A stretch of 64,000 bases of DNA from a virus, in the IMG/VR virus record IMGVR_UViG_3300025689_000508, positions 111 to 64,110 of that record; one strand, 5' to 3'. Under the pieces are notes generated by a model. That model saw only the letters and a list, made by a program, of their open reading frames with translations, was not told the DNA's origin and did no database searches. Numbering within the stretch: the first letter of the stretch is position 1; each line of letters opens with the position of its first letter. Both the position numbers and the translations under genes were made by a program. Below, one piece after another: positions 1 to 8,918 of this stretch.

Positions 1-122
1 ATAAATTCATAAGTAACAACGGCTTCCGGAAAATCGTGGAAAACAACCTGCCCCATGTTGAACTTGTAGAGGTCATCGTCCAACATTGAGTCGAGTATAG
101 AATCTCTCAATTCGAGCTTCAT
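1..122 (-). CDS. pncB: Nicotinate phosphoribosyltransferase, N-terminal 40 aa only (runs off window; not in ORF track)
   Basis: Manual translation MKLELRDSILDSMLDDDLYKFNMGQVVFHDFPEAVVTYEF matches the PncB N-terminal signature S-L-L-D-x-D-L-Y-K-F-x-M; nicotinamidase nearby. Confidence 0.75.
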   Translation of the reverse strand, partial: MKLELRDSILDSMLDDDLYKFNMGQVVFHDFPEAVVTYEF

Positions 123-128
123 GTGAGC

Positions 129-156
129 ATTATACGGGTTTCCAAGAAGAAGTCAA
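129..156 (-). promoter_or_regulatory. Sigma70-like promoter (TTGACT-16-TATAAT), probably leaderless pncB mRNA
   Basis: Consensus boxes; -10 ends 6 nt before the ATG at 122. Confidence 0.7.
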
Positions 157-425
157 GCCATTAATTGGAGTCGGTCAGAAAGACGTTCCGAGGGAGGATG
201 ATTGACTTTTCGATACCGATTGCCCCACCAACGATTATTCCGAAACCAACGAGCAAAATCTTTCTTTTCAAGTTTTCGGCCAAGTCGCTTCTCAAAACAA
301 CCAATACAAATGACATCTCCCCATTTGCTTCGGGGGATTACAAGATGCCACAAACCTTTAAGCACATAAAAATCTTCCCCTTCGGCCCAAGGGCGACACC
401 GACAATCAGAACAACGCAAACTCAT
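153..425 (-). CDS. Hypothetical Cys-containing protein
   Basis: 90-aa ORF with CxxC...CxxC; start overlaps the kinase stop (ATGA). Confidence 0.55.
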   Translation of the reverse strand: MSLRCSDCRCRPWAEGEDFYVLKGLWHLVIPRSKWGDVICIGCFEKRLGRKLEKKDFARWFRNNRWWGNRYRKVNHPPSERLSDRLQLMA

Positions 426-2146
426 TTTCGTTTGATTTGGTGAATAGTGTTGCCGTTGATGAAATAAAAACCCTTCGGCGTTGCAAACAAAGGCATTGAT
501 GAGTCAAATGGTGGGTCGTCTAGAGTTTCGTATTGAGCCGCAGTCGAGAACAACTGGATTTGGTTGGGCGATGAAAGTAATAGACACAGCCCATTATCCA
601 AAACTGCAAAATTAATCGGGTCATATGCAATGTCCTCATCCACCCGTATATCCATGTTTTGATATTTTCGATCAAATACAACAACGTAGCGATTGTATTG
701 CCCCTTCTTCTCACCAACAATTATAGTAATGTTTTTGTCTGACTTGGCATCGATAATACGAACGTGGTCAAGTCCCGGCAAGTACTTGGAAAATGAGCGG
801 CCCAATGCATAAGGAATAGTCAGATACTTTTTCCCGAGTAAATCTTGAATAACGCAACCGGGATATATTTTAGCAGTTAGATTGGAAATATTCTCTACGG
901 TCTTTGGTCTATCAATCAATTTCGTTCCTATAGTGGTGAATGTATGCTCGATTAATGTTCCGTTAGTTACCGTATAAATTGCTCCGTTTCGCTCAAATAA
1001 ATCGTTACTACGGATACTTTCAATTTTGTCACCGCTATAGAGTTCGGCGAATTCCACGATATTTCCCATTCGAGTAGCTGTAATCATTGAACCGCCAGCT
1101 ACAGGACAGAATAGAACTTTCTTTGTATTATCGTTTAACCTGATTTTGTTGTTACCAGAATATAGCGCATCCTTAGTCACAACATAGTTAACTCCCATGA
1201 ACTGCTGAATAGAAATAATCGGTGAGCTACACGCTGCCACTTGACTTACCGTAAGCTTGTCTGTTCCAGTAATTGTGATAATTTGAGTCGGAACCAACAG
1301 AGGAACGGTAGAATCAGCAAATGGCGGTATGCTTCTATCACCTTTTTCGAAAACGAGCTTGAACCAGTCGAGATGTCGTTTCGGAATTACGTTGAAATCT
1401 TCAACCGTGGGAGGAACACGAACGTCTTTATGGAAGACACTAATGTTGTCATCCATTTGTTTATGTTTATCCTTTGGTTTGTAATTGGGATGAGTTCCCC
1501 TATATGGGTGAATGTTTGTGTACACCCAAAAAGATATGACAGCCCACGAGAACCAATCAGACAAAATAGTTGGATTGTAATGCATTTGTCCTTTCGAATC
1601 ATAGGTGGTCGCTTTCCTATCTCGAACGGAGTCCATGATAGCCGTTGCCTTGAATGAAGGAGTGGCGTAGCTGTCCGTATCAATAAACCATGGAGTAATG
1701 ATAGTCCCCAGATTAATAAGGATATTCAACTCATTGAAATCTACCACAAGACATTTAGCAGAATGAATGTTAGAGAGCGTTTGTTGTAGTTTCTTTACTA
1801 ATTCCGCAATCGCCTGTGGGCCTATATTGTTTGTATTTTTGTAAGCCCGATTAAATAGCTTCAATATCGGGTCCACATTATCTACAAACCGAGTAGTATA
1901 TCCTACTGGCTTACCAGTCTTGGCATCGTAAATGACATCTTGAGGCAGTACAACTTGAGGGTCGGTGATAAGAGACAACTCCTGCATCTTCTGAGGCGGG
2001 AGCATTTTCTGGTCCGGTTCATGGTAAAGTTTATATACCATGCCGTTTTTGGTATAGATCTCAGCTTCTCCACCAGCCGCAAGATATTCCTTATCGGTGA
2101 TAGTAACTTTGATTTTCTTTTGACCTATAACCAGTTCTTTTTTCAC
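422..2146 (-). CDS. Ser/Thr protein kinase-like protein (TerY-P-triad type) with beta-rich C-terminal region
   Basis: Gly loop AAGGEAEIY, VYKLY Lys, catalytic VVDFNELNIL, FIDTDSY (DFG equivalent); adjacent to PP2C and vWA. Confidence 0.8.
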   Translation of the reverse strand: MKKELVIGQKKIKVTITDKEYLAAGGEAEIYTKNGMVYKLYHEPDQKMLPPQKMQELSLITDPQVVLPQDVIYDAKTGKPVGYTTRFVDNVDPILKLFNRAYKNTNNIGPQAIAELVKKLQQTLSNIHSAKCLVVDFNELNILINLGTIITPWFIDTDSYATPSFKATAIMDSVRDRKATTYDSKGQMHYNPTILSDWFSWAVISFWVYTNIHPYRGTHPNYKPKDKHKQMDDNISVFHKDVRVPPTVEDFNVIPKRHLDWFKLVFEKGDRSIPPFADSTVPLLVPTQIITITGTDKLTVSQVAACSSPIISIQQFMGVNYVVTKDALYSGNNKIRLNDNTKKVLFCPVAGGSMITATRMGNIVEFAELYSGDKIESIRSNDLFERNGAIYTVTNGTLIEHTFTTIGTKLIDRPKTVENISNLTAKIYPGCVIQDLLGKKYLTIPYALGRSFSKYLPGLDHVRIIDAKSDKNITIIVGEKKGQYNRYVVVFDRKYQNMDIRVDEDIAYDPINFAVLDNGLCLLLSSPNQIQLFSTAAQYETLDDPPFDSSMPLFATPKGFYFINGNTIHQIKRK

Positions 2147-2946
2147 ACAATAATAGCCGACACAGAAATATCATCACTATGTGTCATACATTCTTTGACA
2201 CATTTCTTTTTGAATGCCGCTAGTCTTCTCTTGACGAAAATTCCCGTCGAACTCTTGAAACCAATGAATTCTTCGGCCAAATCCACCCAAAAAATCGAAG
2301 AGTTGTCGGCTCTTCTAAAACTCCCGATGCCATCTGAACAAACCGCCACGATGTCTCCCGGTTGTACGTTACGTGTGATGACAACGGGAGAAAATGGGGC
2401 TTGCTTTTCCATGGTTCTGATTTCCCTATCATAAACAGTAATCTCCTTGTATTCTTGGTCTGCCGATGAAGATTCAATATATTGCTGTTTTCGCTCAATA
2501 TCCAATGAGTATGACAGATAATCAGGTGCTCCACTCGTCAGTTCAATCTTCATCATATAAAGACCTTCTGGCGATTTATGAAAGAAAACACCATCTCCGT
2601 ACAGATATGCCTTGGCTATATTGTCTTTGACCCATGCCACGAGAAGGGTGGCATCCAGTGCTCGACTATTGAGCAATGGATATGTTAAGAAAAGGTTACT
2701 TGCTTTTCTGATTGTTTCTTCTCCAAACTTCTGGTAATCATGAACATAATCGGTTTGGAGAATTTCCCTTGCTGCCAAAGCCAACATTCTTGCTCCGATA
2801 TCGACATCTGGCGATGCCGAACAACCGTCACAAAGGATGGCGAAAGCATCGAAAGGAGAACATTCAAATAACTTTTTCCCTGCTATAGCATAGTCTTGAC
2901 AAACAAGATGGTCTTTGCCTATTTGGAAATCACAATCGGCATTCAT
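2143..2946 (-). CDS. PP2C-like protein phosphatase
   Basis: Motifs KDHLVCQD, LCDGCS, YGDG, CSDG, DDIS; start at 2946 inferred from ATGA overlap. Confidence 0.85.
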   Translation of the reverse strand: MNADCDFQIGKDHLVCQDYAIAGKKLFECSPFDAFAILCDGCSASPDVDIGARMLALAAREILQTDYVHDYQKFGEETIRKASNLFLTYPLLNSRALDATLLVAWVKDNIAKAYLYGDGVFFHKSPEGLYMMKIELTSGAPDYLSYSLDIERKQQYIESSSADQEYKEITVYDREIRTMEKQAPFSPVVITRNVQPGDIVAVCSDGIGSFRRADNSSIFWVDLAEEFIGFKSSTGIFVKRRLAAFKKKCVKECMTHSDDISVSAIIV

Positions 2947-3350
2947 GGCACAAGTTCCCACTTTTCGGAAACAAGTCCTCCATACATGTTTTTCGAACGA
3001 GTCACTTGAGCCTTTATTTCATTCTTATCGGCCAGATAGTTGAAAGTAGCTATATCTGTGAAACTTTTAACAACTTTCCCATCATAAGAAATATGCACAC
3101 TATTCTTATCATGGAGGACATTTACAATTACCGTTTCATTAACCTCTGATTGAGGCATTACACTCCCCAATGTCAACCATCCTAATAGGACGATAATAAG
3201 CAACATTGCCAAAGAAACACCCAACAGATCATCATTGTCTTTATAAAGTGCTACTCCTGCAAAAACAATGAAAAGTGCTGTGATACAAATGAGAATTACT
3301 AGTAACATACGTATAAATAATTCAAAGGGAAGAGTCGGTATAACCAGCAT
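2943..3350 (-). CDS. Membrane protein with two N-terminal TM helices
   Basis: Two hydrophobic stretches followed by a soluble domain. Confidence 0.6.
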   Translation of the reverse strand: MLVIPTLPFELFIRMLLVILICITALFIVFAGVALYKDNDDLLGVSLAMLLIIVLLGWLTLGSVMPQSEVNETVIVNVLHDKNSVHISYDGKVVKSFTDIATFNYLADKNEIKAQVTRSKNMYGGLVSEKWELVP

Positions 3351-3401
3351 TCATAATGTTGTTTTTCTAAACCGACATATAAATACATGGAAAAGTTGAT
3401 T

Positions 3402-4148
3402 TTAGAAGGAAAAGTTAAGAGGTTGGCTGGCTTTTCCAGTGCCCAATGCCGAACTTGTGCTTGAGATACTTTGGCTGATGAACTGGGCCAATTTGGCGAT
3501 TTTTCCGGGCGAAGCAGAACCTATGCTCACATAGGCATCGCATCCGGCGTTATCCTTGACATCCTTCAAATAGAAGTCAAGGTTCACATCGTCAGTAGTA
3601 ACGCCAACAAGAATGACGTTCAAAGACTCCAAACATTCAGCCTTGCGAGCATTTTCCAAGGACTTCTTGATTACGGCAGGATCGTGAATTGTTCCACGAT
3701 TATTCTGGCCGTCGGTAATCACAATCACGATACCATTGGCAGTGTAATCCTTTTGAGTGAGTTGCTTGCCATAGGTAGCTGTTGCTTGAATGGCTTCGTC
3801 CATTGCTTCAAACAATGCAGTCATGCCGCCGATTTGGAGAACGTTATCATAGTCCTTTTCTTGAATATTTTTCAAGAGCTTAAAACCATGAATCTCATAC
3901 AACTCATCATCGAAATGAACCACACGAAACATGAGATTGTCGGCACGAGGCGATTTTGCCATCGCTTTGAAAACCGTCTTCAAACATTGTTCCAATTGAA
4001 CAAGAAACTCGCTTACCGAACCACTAGTATCAATGACAACAGTTGCTAGTGTGTACTCCGCAGCTTCGAGGTCATCCATTTTAGTGGCACTGAACTTGTA
4101 TCCAGATGCCGCCTTAAGAGCTTCAAGATTTTTGCTAAGTAAACTCAT
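3402..4148 (-). CDS. vWA-domain protein (TerY-like)
   Basis: MIDAS DTSGSV, GGMTALFEA, ITDGQNN. Confidence 0.85.
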   Translation of the reverse strand: MSLLSKNLEALKAASGYKFSATKMDDLEAAEYTLATVVIDTSGSVSEFLVQLEQCLKTVFKAMAKSPRADNLMFRVVHFDDELYEIHGFKLLKNIQEKDYDNVLQIGGMTALFEAMDEAIQATATYGKQLTQKDYTANGIVIVITDGQNNRGTIHDPAVIKKSLENARKAECLESLNVILVGVTTDDVNLDFYLKDVKDNAGCDAYVSIGSASPGKIAKLAQFISQSISSTSSALGTGKASQPLNFSF

Positions 4149-4169
4149 TTGTTTTCCTTTTCTAAACGA

Positions 4170-4961
4170 TTACCAATCGACAGTTTTAGTAAGCCGCATA
4201 CCACGACCAACCATTTCTTTCACGAAATCCTGACCCAACTTTTCAAAGCCGGGAACGTTACTAGAAGTGTCTTCAAGCAACACGAACTTCTTGATGTTTT
4301 CATCACCGAAATTATTGGCAATATCTCGAATGGTATTGGCAACACAATGCGAAAGAGCTTCACCTGTGATAAGAATCTCATCGGCTTCCAAAAGCGTATC
4401 AATAAGAGCCGTATTGAGCTTTGTGGTGGGGTCCGAATCATCCGGCACGTCAGCCATAACACCGCTATAGTGCTCGGTAAGGAAGTTCGAGCCTTTAGTG
4501 ATGAAGTTCACTCGATTGATGGTCTTGGTTTCCCAAGCCACGAGAGCGTCTGCCACCAGCGGCGAAATGGAATGGCCACGTGTACCAATTAGACAATGCG
4601 GAGGCCAGATACAGAGGACATAACGTCCATTTTTCTTGAGTGTATCCACGTAGTGTTGAGCGTGCTGCTGCAAACCGGGGTGGAATGGACGCCACGTTCC
4701 ATTTCGAACATCGTCATCACTAATGAGAGTGAACGGTTTTGGGTTTTCACCCTTTGAATTCACCCAAAAAATTGGATGGGCAATGTGAATTACCTGATGG
4801 CTGTCAAGGGTACAGTGAATTTCACTGATTCGTTGTTGATTGGCATTGATAAACGCAGCCAATCGTTCCATGTCTTTATCGGCTCCGGTGACGAAGAGTG
4901 CTCCCTTCGGGTCACAGAAATCGACTTGAGGATCAATTGTGATGAGATGTGTTTTTTTCAT
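4170..4961 (-). CDS. pncA: Nicotinamidase (isochorismatase/cysteine hydrolase family)
   Basis: IDPQVDF, DSH, WPPHCLIGT, KG, GEALSHCV catalytic motifs. Confidence 0.85.
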   Translation of the reverse strand: MKKTHLITIDPQVDFCDPKGALFVTGADKDMERLAAFINANQQRISEIHCTLDSHQVIHIAHPIFWVNSKGENPKPFTLISDDDVRNGTWRPFHPGLQQHAQHYVDTLKKNGRYVLCIWPPHCLIGTRGHSISPLVADALVAWETKTINRVNFITKGSNFLTEHYSGVMADVPDDSDPTTKLNTALIDTLLEADEILITGEALSHCVANTIRDIANNFGDENIKKFVLLEDTSSNVPGFEKLGQDFVKEMVGRGMRLTKTVDW

Positions 4962-5004
4962 ATTATGTATTTTGTATCGGTTTCTATTTCGATTTTACAT
5001 GTGG

Positions 5005-5033
5005 ACTATACATTATTTCCACATAGAAGTCAA
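5005..5033 (-). promoter_or_regulatory. Sigma70-like promoter (TTGACT-17-TATAGT) for the pncA-vWA-PP2C-kinase unit
   Basis: Consensus boxes in the intergenic gap. Confidence 0.65.
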
Positions 5034-5042
5034 GAACTTATT

Positions 5043-6086
5043 TTACTGCTTTTGTGTCAAACGAAGTAATCTATTCCTCCAACTTAAAAGCATTGCGAAC
5101 AGAGAACGATGATTTGGAACAAACATGTCACCATTCAATGTATTAAGAGGAAGCCATTCAACATAGGCCAAATCATCGGAAGCTTTTAATTCGCCTTCCC
5201 AGACAGTTACCACATAAAATAGTGTCTTGATTTTATCTGGTAAATTGTGATAACGCCAGTCTTCAATTTTTCTTGAACCAATATATTCGAGTGACTTGCC
5301 AATGAGAGACGTTTCTTCCTTCAACTCACGAAGAGCGTCTTCTTCGTAACTGTTGCTGTTAACGTCGGCAAATCCACCGGGAAACCTCCAAAGAACTTCT
5401 CCCGGTTTCTTTCCCAAAAGCAGTATATCGTTTTTGAAATCAAAAACCGCAATATCCACCGTCGGATAACAAATAGGCCAACGATTTTGAGTAGCCCAAA
5501 CAACACCCTTTCGGAAATCCTCCGAATTAATAGAAACAAGACCAGTCTCTCGGCGAATCTTCGTAGAAGAAATATTGTGGGTCGGAATGATGACTTTCCT
5601 CTCATAGCGTCCAGAGTAGGGAAAACAGTCTCGGCTACCGTATAGCGTTACTGTCTGAGAAGGACCAGCCAAAAGAGCAATCTGATAATCCAAATTACGA
5701 CTCCACCGTTCAACATCTCCAACGTCATCGATTCTACAAATTTCAACGTTGGGATATTCAGTGTGAAGCATGTCAAACCGAATCTTGAAATCAAATGGAT
5801 CACGCTGATTACATTTCAGGGGGGATTGCCCAATAAAGACAAATACTCTTGCGTGCCGACTAAGGGCAAAATCAATCAGTTCCTTATATCCAGCGTGAAC
5901 ATAAGGCGATTGAAACCTCCCTACAATAACACCAATATCAGAGACTTTTGGTGCGGGTTGGAAAATAGGAGTGTCTGTTTCTGTATTTTCCTTAAGTTCA
6001 TTTGGACAATTACATCCGGGGTGATTTTGAGGAGTGTATGTTATCCCACAAAACGGACAATTCAATGTTGAATATTCGGCTGACAT
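5043..6086 (-). CDS. Bifunctional NMN/NaMN adenylyltransferase - Nudix (ADP-ribose pyrophosphatase), NadM-Nudix
   Basis: GRFQSPYVHAGY (HxGH variant), SSTKIR, Nudix box GGFADVNSNSYEEDALRELKEET. Confidence 0.85.
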   Translation of the reverse strand: MSAEYSTLNCPFCGITYTPQNHPGCNCPNELKENTETDTPIFQPAPKVSDIGVIVGRFQSPYVHAGYKELIDFALSRHARVFVFIGQSPLKCNQRDPFDFKIRFDMLHTEYPNVEICRIDDVGDVERWSRNLDYQIALLAGPSQTVTLYGSRDCFPYSGRYERKVIIPTHNISSTKIRRETGLVSINSEDFRKGVVWATQNRWPICYPTVDIAVFDFKNDILLLGKKPGEVLWRFPGGFADVNSNSYEEDALRELKEETSLIGKSLEYIGSRKIEDWRYHNLPDKIKTLFYVVTVWEGELKASDDLAYVEWLPLNTLNGDMFVPNHRSLFAMLLSWRNRLLRLTQKQ

Positions 6087-6128
6087 AATTAGATTTAGCA
6101 GTTGATTACATGTAATTATTCTACTTAT

Positions 6129-6581
6129 TCAAGAGACCGGCCCGCCACGAGATACCCATTTACCGTCACGAATTTCGACGTGAGAATAAGACTCAAGGGT
6201 ATCTTTCTTGGGTTCGGGGAGTTCGCCAGTTTCGGCGAAATGAATAAGGGCAGGAAGGAGCATTTTGACCATTTCTTGAGACAAATGCATCCTGCTAGGA
6301 ATCTCGATATCACAACCGGGAAGCAAATCATAAAGACACTTCTCCTGCGGACCAAACCCAAATTTGGCTTGTCCTTCATTTGGGTTAACAGGTTCACGAG
6401 GGAAAATTCTGATCATACCTTCCCGATTAAGGACACCAAGCCAGATACATTCATCGTTGGGACAAGTGGACACTATGGAACTCTTTTTGATAATACATCT
6501 TTCACCGTATTTATCTTCAAATTCGTCGTATGCGAACCCACTGAAATTTCGCTTGAATCTCATAATGTTCTCGTTGCTCAT
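6129..6581 (-). CDS. Hypothetical phage protein
   Basis: 150-aa ORF behind its own TTGACT-16-TATAAT promoter (6590..6617). Confidence 0.65.
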   Translation of the reverse strand: MSNENIMRFKRNFSGFAYDEFEDKYGERCIIKKSSIVSTCPNDECIWLGVLNREGMIRIFPREPVNPNEGQAKFGFGPQEKCLYDLLPGCDIEIPSRMHLSQEMVKMLLPALIHFAETGELPEPKKDTLESYSHVEIRDGKWVSRGGPVS

Positions 6582-6613
6582 CTTACAGCATTATACAGTT
6601 TTCCGACAAAAAG

Positions 6614-6991
6614 TCAAGTGGCAAAACGGTTTTGGATAATGCCATGATGTAGTGCATATTGCACCAGATGAGCCGGAATTTGAATGCCCAAGATTGTCCT
6701 CACATTGGCAAAATGAAATTCAACTGTTTTCGGGCTAATGTTTAATGTGTTGGCTATTTCTTTTATCGACATCCCTTCGGTGTAAAGCTTAAGAACGACT
6801 AGTTGTCGCTCCGTTAATGAGGTTTTCTTCGGCTTTTGAGCTTTTGCACAGGCGTTACAACATTTCTTACTCTCCAGATGCCATAATTGACATTTTGGGG
6901 AAAGTTTAGCTTTGCATCTTACAAGACGGTCCACTGGGCCGTCATATGGGACAGCTTCAATAGGGACGTTTCGATCATGCGATAGTTGCAT
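6614..6991 (-). CDS. LuxR/NarL-type HTH regulator with Cys-rich N-terminus
   Basis: SLTERQLVVLKLYTEGMSIKEIANTLNISPKTVEFHFANVRTILG is a LuxR C-terminal HTH. Confidence 0.85.
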   Translation of the reverse strand: MQLSHDRNVPIEAVPYDGPVDRLVRCKAKLSPKCQLWHLESKKCCNACAKAQKPKKTSLTERQLVVLKLYTEGMSIKEIANTLNISPKTVEFHFANVRTILGIQIPAHLVQYALHHGIIQNRFAT

Positions 6992-7008
6992 ATTATTCCT
7001 GAGTTGTG

Positions 7009-7026
7009 TTCGGGATTATTCCCGAA
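7009..7026. promoter_or_regulatory. 18-bp palindrome TTCGGGA-TTAT-TCCCGAA (candidate operator)
   Basis: Perfect 7-bp arms lying between a promoter (7039..7066) and the LuxR-type gene. Confidence 0.4.
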
Positions 7027-7075
7027 TGTCCATCCCGGAATATACCTAATAACGGAAAAAAGTCAAGCGGTTTCT

Positions 7076-7445
7076 TTAGAGTATCACCGGACACAATGTT
7101 GTCATAACCAAATTCATTGGAGATATGTAACAGTATCCAATTTGATAGTCGGCATATGAAACTCTCCGCTTCTGAATATAGAGTTTTACGTAGCTTTTAC
7201 ATTTACTTCTAAACTCCACATAAAAAGCCCTTGAATCTTCAACTCGATATAACTCTTCCCCGGGTATCTCAAAGTTCTTCATTTCAATGTGCCGTCTCAA
7301 AAAATTCCACATACGGCCCACGCTTACCAATAACAACTCTGGTGTACCCAATTGCCAAATGCAATCCACTCTTACTAAGAAAAACAAAATTGTCGTTTCC
7401 CTCGTCAACGGATATATTCAGTCTTTTTCTCCAAGGTTTGCTCAT
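7076..7445 (-). CDS. Hypothetical phage protein split by a +1 homopolymer frameshift (T6 at 7299..7304)
   Basis: Removing one T joins ...GKRGPYVEF to LRRHIEMKNF... giving one 122-aa ORF. Confidence 0.6.
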
Positions 7446-7446
7446 T

Positions 7447-8058
7447 TCAAGAAGGGGTAAAATAAGAACCTGTTTTGCCACGCTTGCCTTGATAGTTTGC
7501 GTTTATCGGATTATATCCAATCCATACGTCTTGGTCGTAGAATTTCTCAATGGCAGTTTTATAAAAAGGAATAGTTTCGGAATCCACTGGGCGAAAATGA
7601 TGAACATCCACTCCAACATTGAGCATATTCAGTTGGTATTTCCATGCAGCATGAACGTGGCCCACCAAATTAAACGCCTCTTCAATGCCTCTTGTAGGAT
7701 AATGAGTCAACCAACATGCAATATCACCAAAACAATATAGCCTTCCTTCTCCTTCTGGAACTATTTGCTCAAAATAAGGTGCCAATTGTTCATCGGTAAA
7801 CACTCGATCATGATTACCTCGGAATAAAATTTTCTTTCCGTTCATCTTAGCCACCCACGGAAGAAATTCCGGTGCTTTTTGATAACATACATCCCCTAGC
7901 ATAAGAACTCTATCATTACAATCAACAAGAGCGTTATGCTCGGCAATAATATGGTCAACCATATGAATTGGATCGCCGGAAAAGGGTCTTCCCATTAACT
8001 CAAACCGGTTTTCACCCAAATGCCAATCGGCGGTAAGCCACGTTTTCATGATTACCAT
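7447..8058 (-). CDS. Calcineurin-like metallophosphoesterase
   Basis: ADWHLG, LGDV, GNHD, THYP, GHVH motifs. Confidence 0.9.
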   Translation of the reverse strand: MVIMKTWLTADWHLGENRFELMGRPFSGDPIHMVDHIIAEHNALVDCNDRVLMLGDVCYQKAPEFLPWVAKMNGKKILFRGNHDRVFTDEQLAPYFEQIVPEGEGRLYCFGDIACWLTHYPTRGIEEAFNLVGHVHAAWKYQLNMLNVGVDVHHFRPVDSETIPFYKTAIEKFYDQDVWIGYNPINANYQGKRGKTGSYFTPS

Positions 8059-8918
8059 TTCAAAAAACCACCATAACTTTGGTCCACAATTGAGACCATT
8101 TCTGGGGGGAGACGCATTTTTGTTTCAGCCAGAATTCCAAGGTTAATACTTTCAACCCCATAATAGTGTTCAGCAATAGCTCCGGCAATTGCTGCGACTG
8201 TATCCGTGTCCCCCTTAGAATAAATCGAAAGACGAATGGCATCCTCGAAACTTGTTGATTCAAAAAAACAAATTAGAGCTTGAGGGACCGTTATATTGCA
8301 TCGAACATCTCTCTTGGACCACTCATTCCGAACAGTTTCAACGTCTGGGGTTAGGTCATATCCCGAAAGTTTCGATACGGTTTGTTGAATCTCGGCCTTG
8401 TCGTACCTGTCTCCTTTTTCGGTGCGATACCCCGCCATTATCATAGCAGTCACCGCCGCTAATGCGCCATTACGAGCCTCTTCGCAATTATGCGTCCACT
8501 CAGTACTATCGGAAACTTGTTTATAAGCCCATGCCAATTGGTCTTCAATTGTCATCGGAACCATATTACCTTCGTTGTTGACAAACTCTCGATTAAGAGC
8601 CCATAGAGCAATCGGACTGATACGCATAACCGCACCGTTACCCCGACTGTCATTCTTGTAATTTCCTCCTTTCTCGGCCCACTCAACAAAAGAAGAACCA
8701 TAACCAAGATTGGGATTTTTCTTGTACCACTCTATAAACTTCTCATGAAAGGGAACTCCCGTTAGAAGGGAATCGGCAACTGCGATAGTGAGATTGGTAT
8801 CGTCGGTAAACTTAGCTACCCCATACAAGAAAAATGGATGATAGTCACGTCTATCGACAGTGAGGCGGTCTCCTTCATAAGGTGAACCAGCGATATCTCC
8901 AATAATTGCTCCAATCAT
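8052..8918 (-). CDS. ADP-ribosylglycohydrolase (DraG/ARH family)
   Basis: GAIIGDIAG, FTDDT, GNGAVMRISP, GDTDTVAAIAGAIA. Confidence 0.92.
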   Translation of the reverse strand: MIGAIIGDIAGSPYEGDRLTVDRRDYHPFFLYGVAKFTDDTNLTIAVADSLLTGVPFHEKFIEWYKKNPNLGYGSSFVEWAEKGGNYKNDSRGNGAVMRISPIALWALNREFVNNEGNMVPMTIEDQLAWAYKQVSDSTEWTHNCEEARNGALAAVTAMIMAGYRTEKGDRYDKAEIQQTVSKLSGYDLTPDVETVRNEWSKRDVRCNITVPQALICFFESTSFEDAIRLSIYSKGDTDTVAAIAGAIAEHYYGVESINLGILAETKMRLPPEMVSIVDQSYGGFLKW

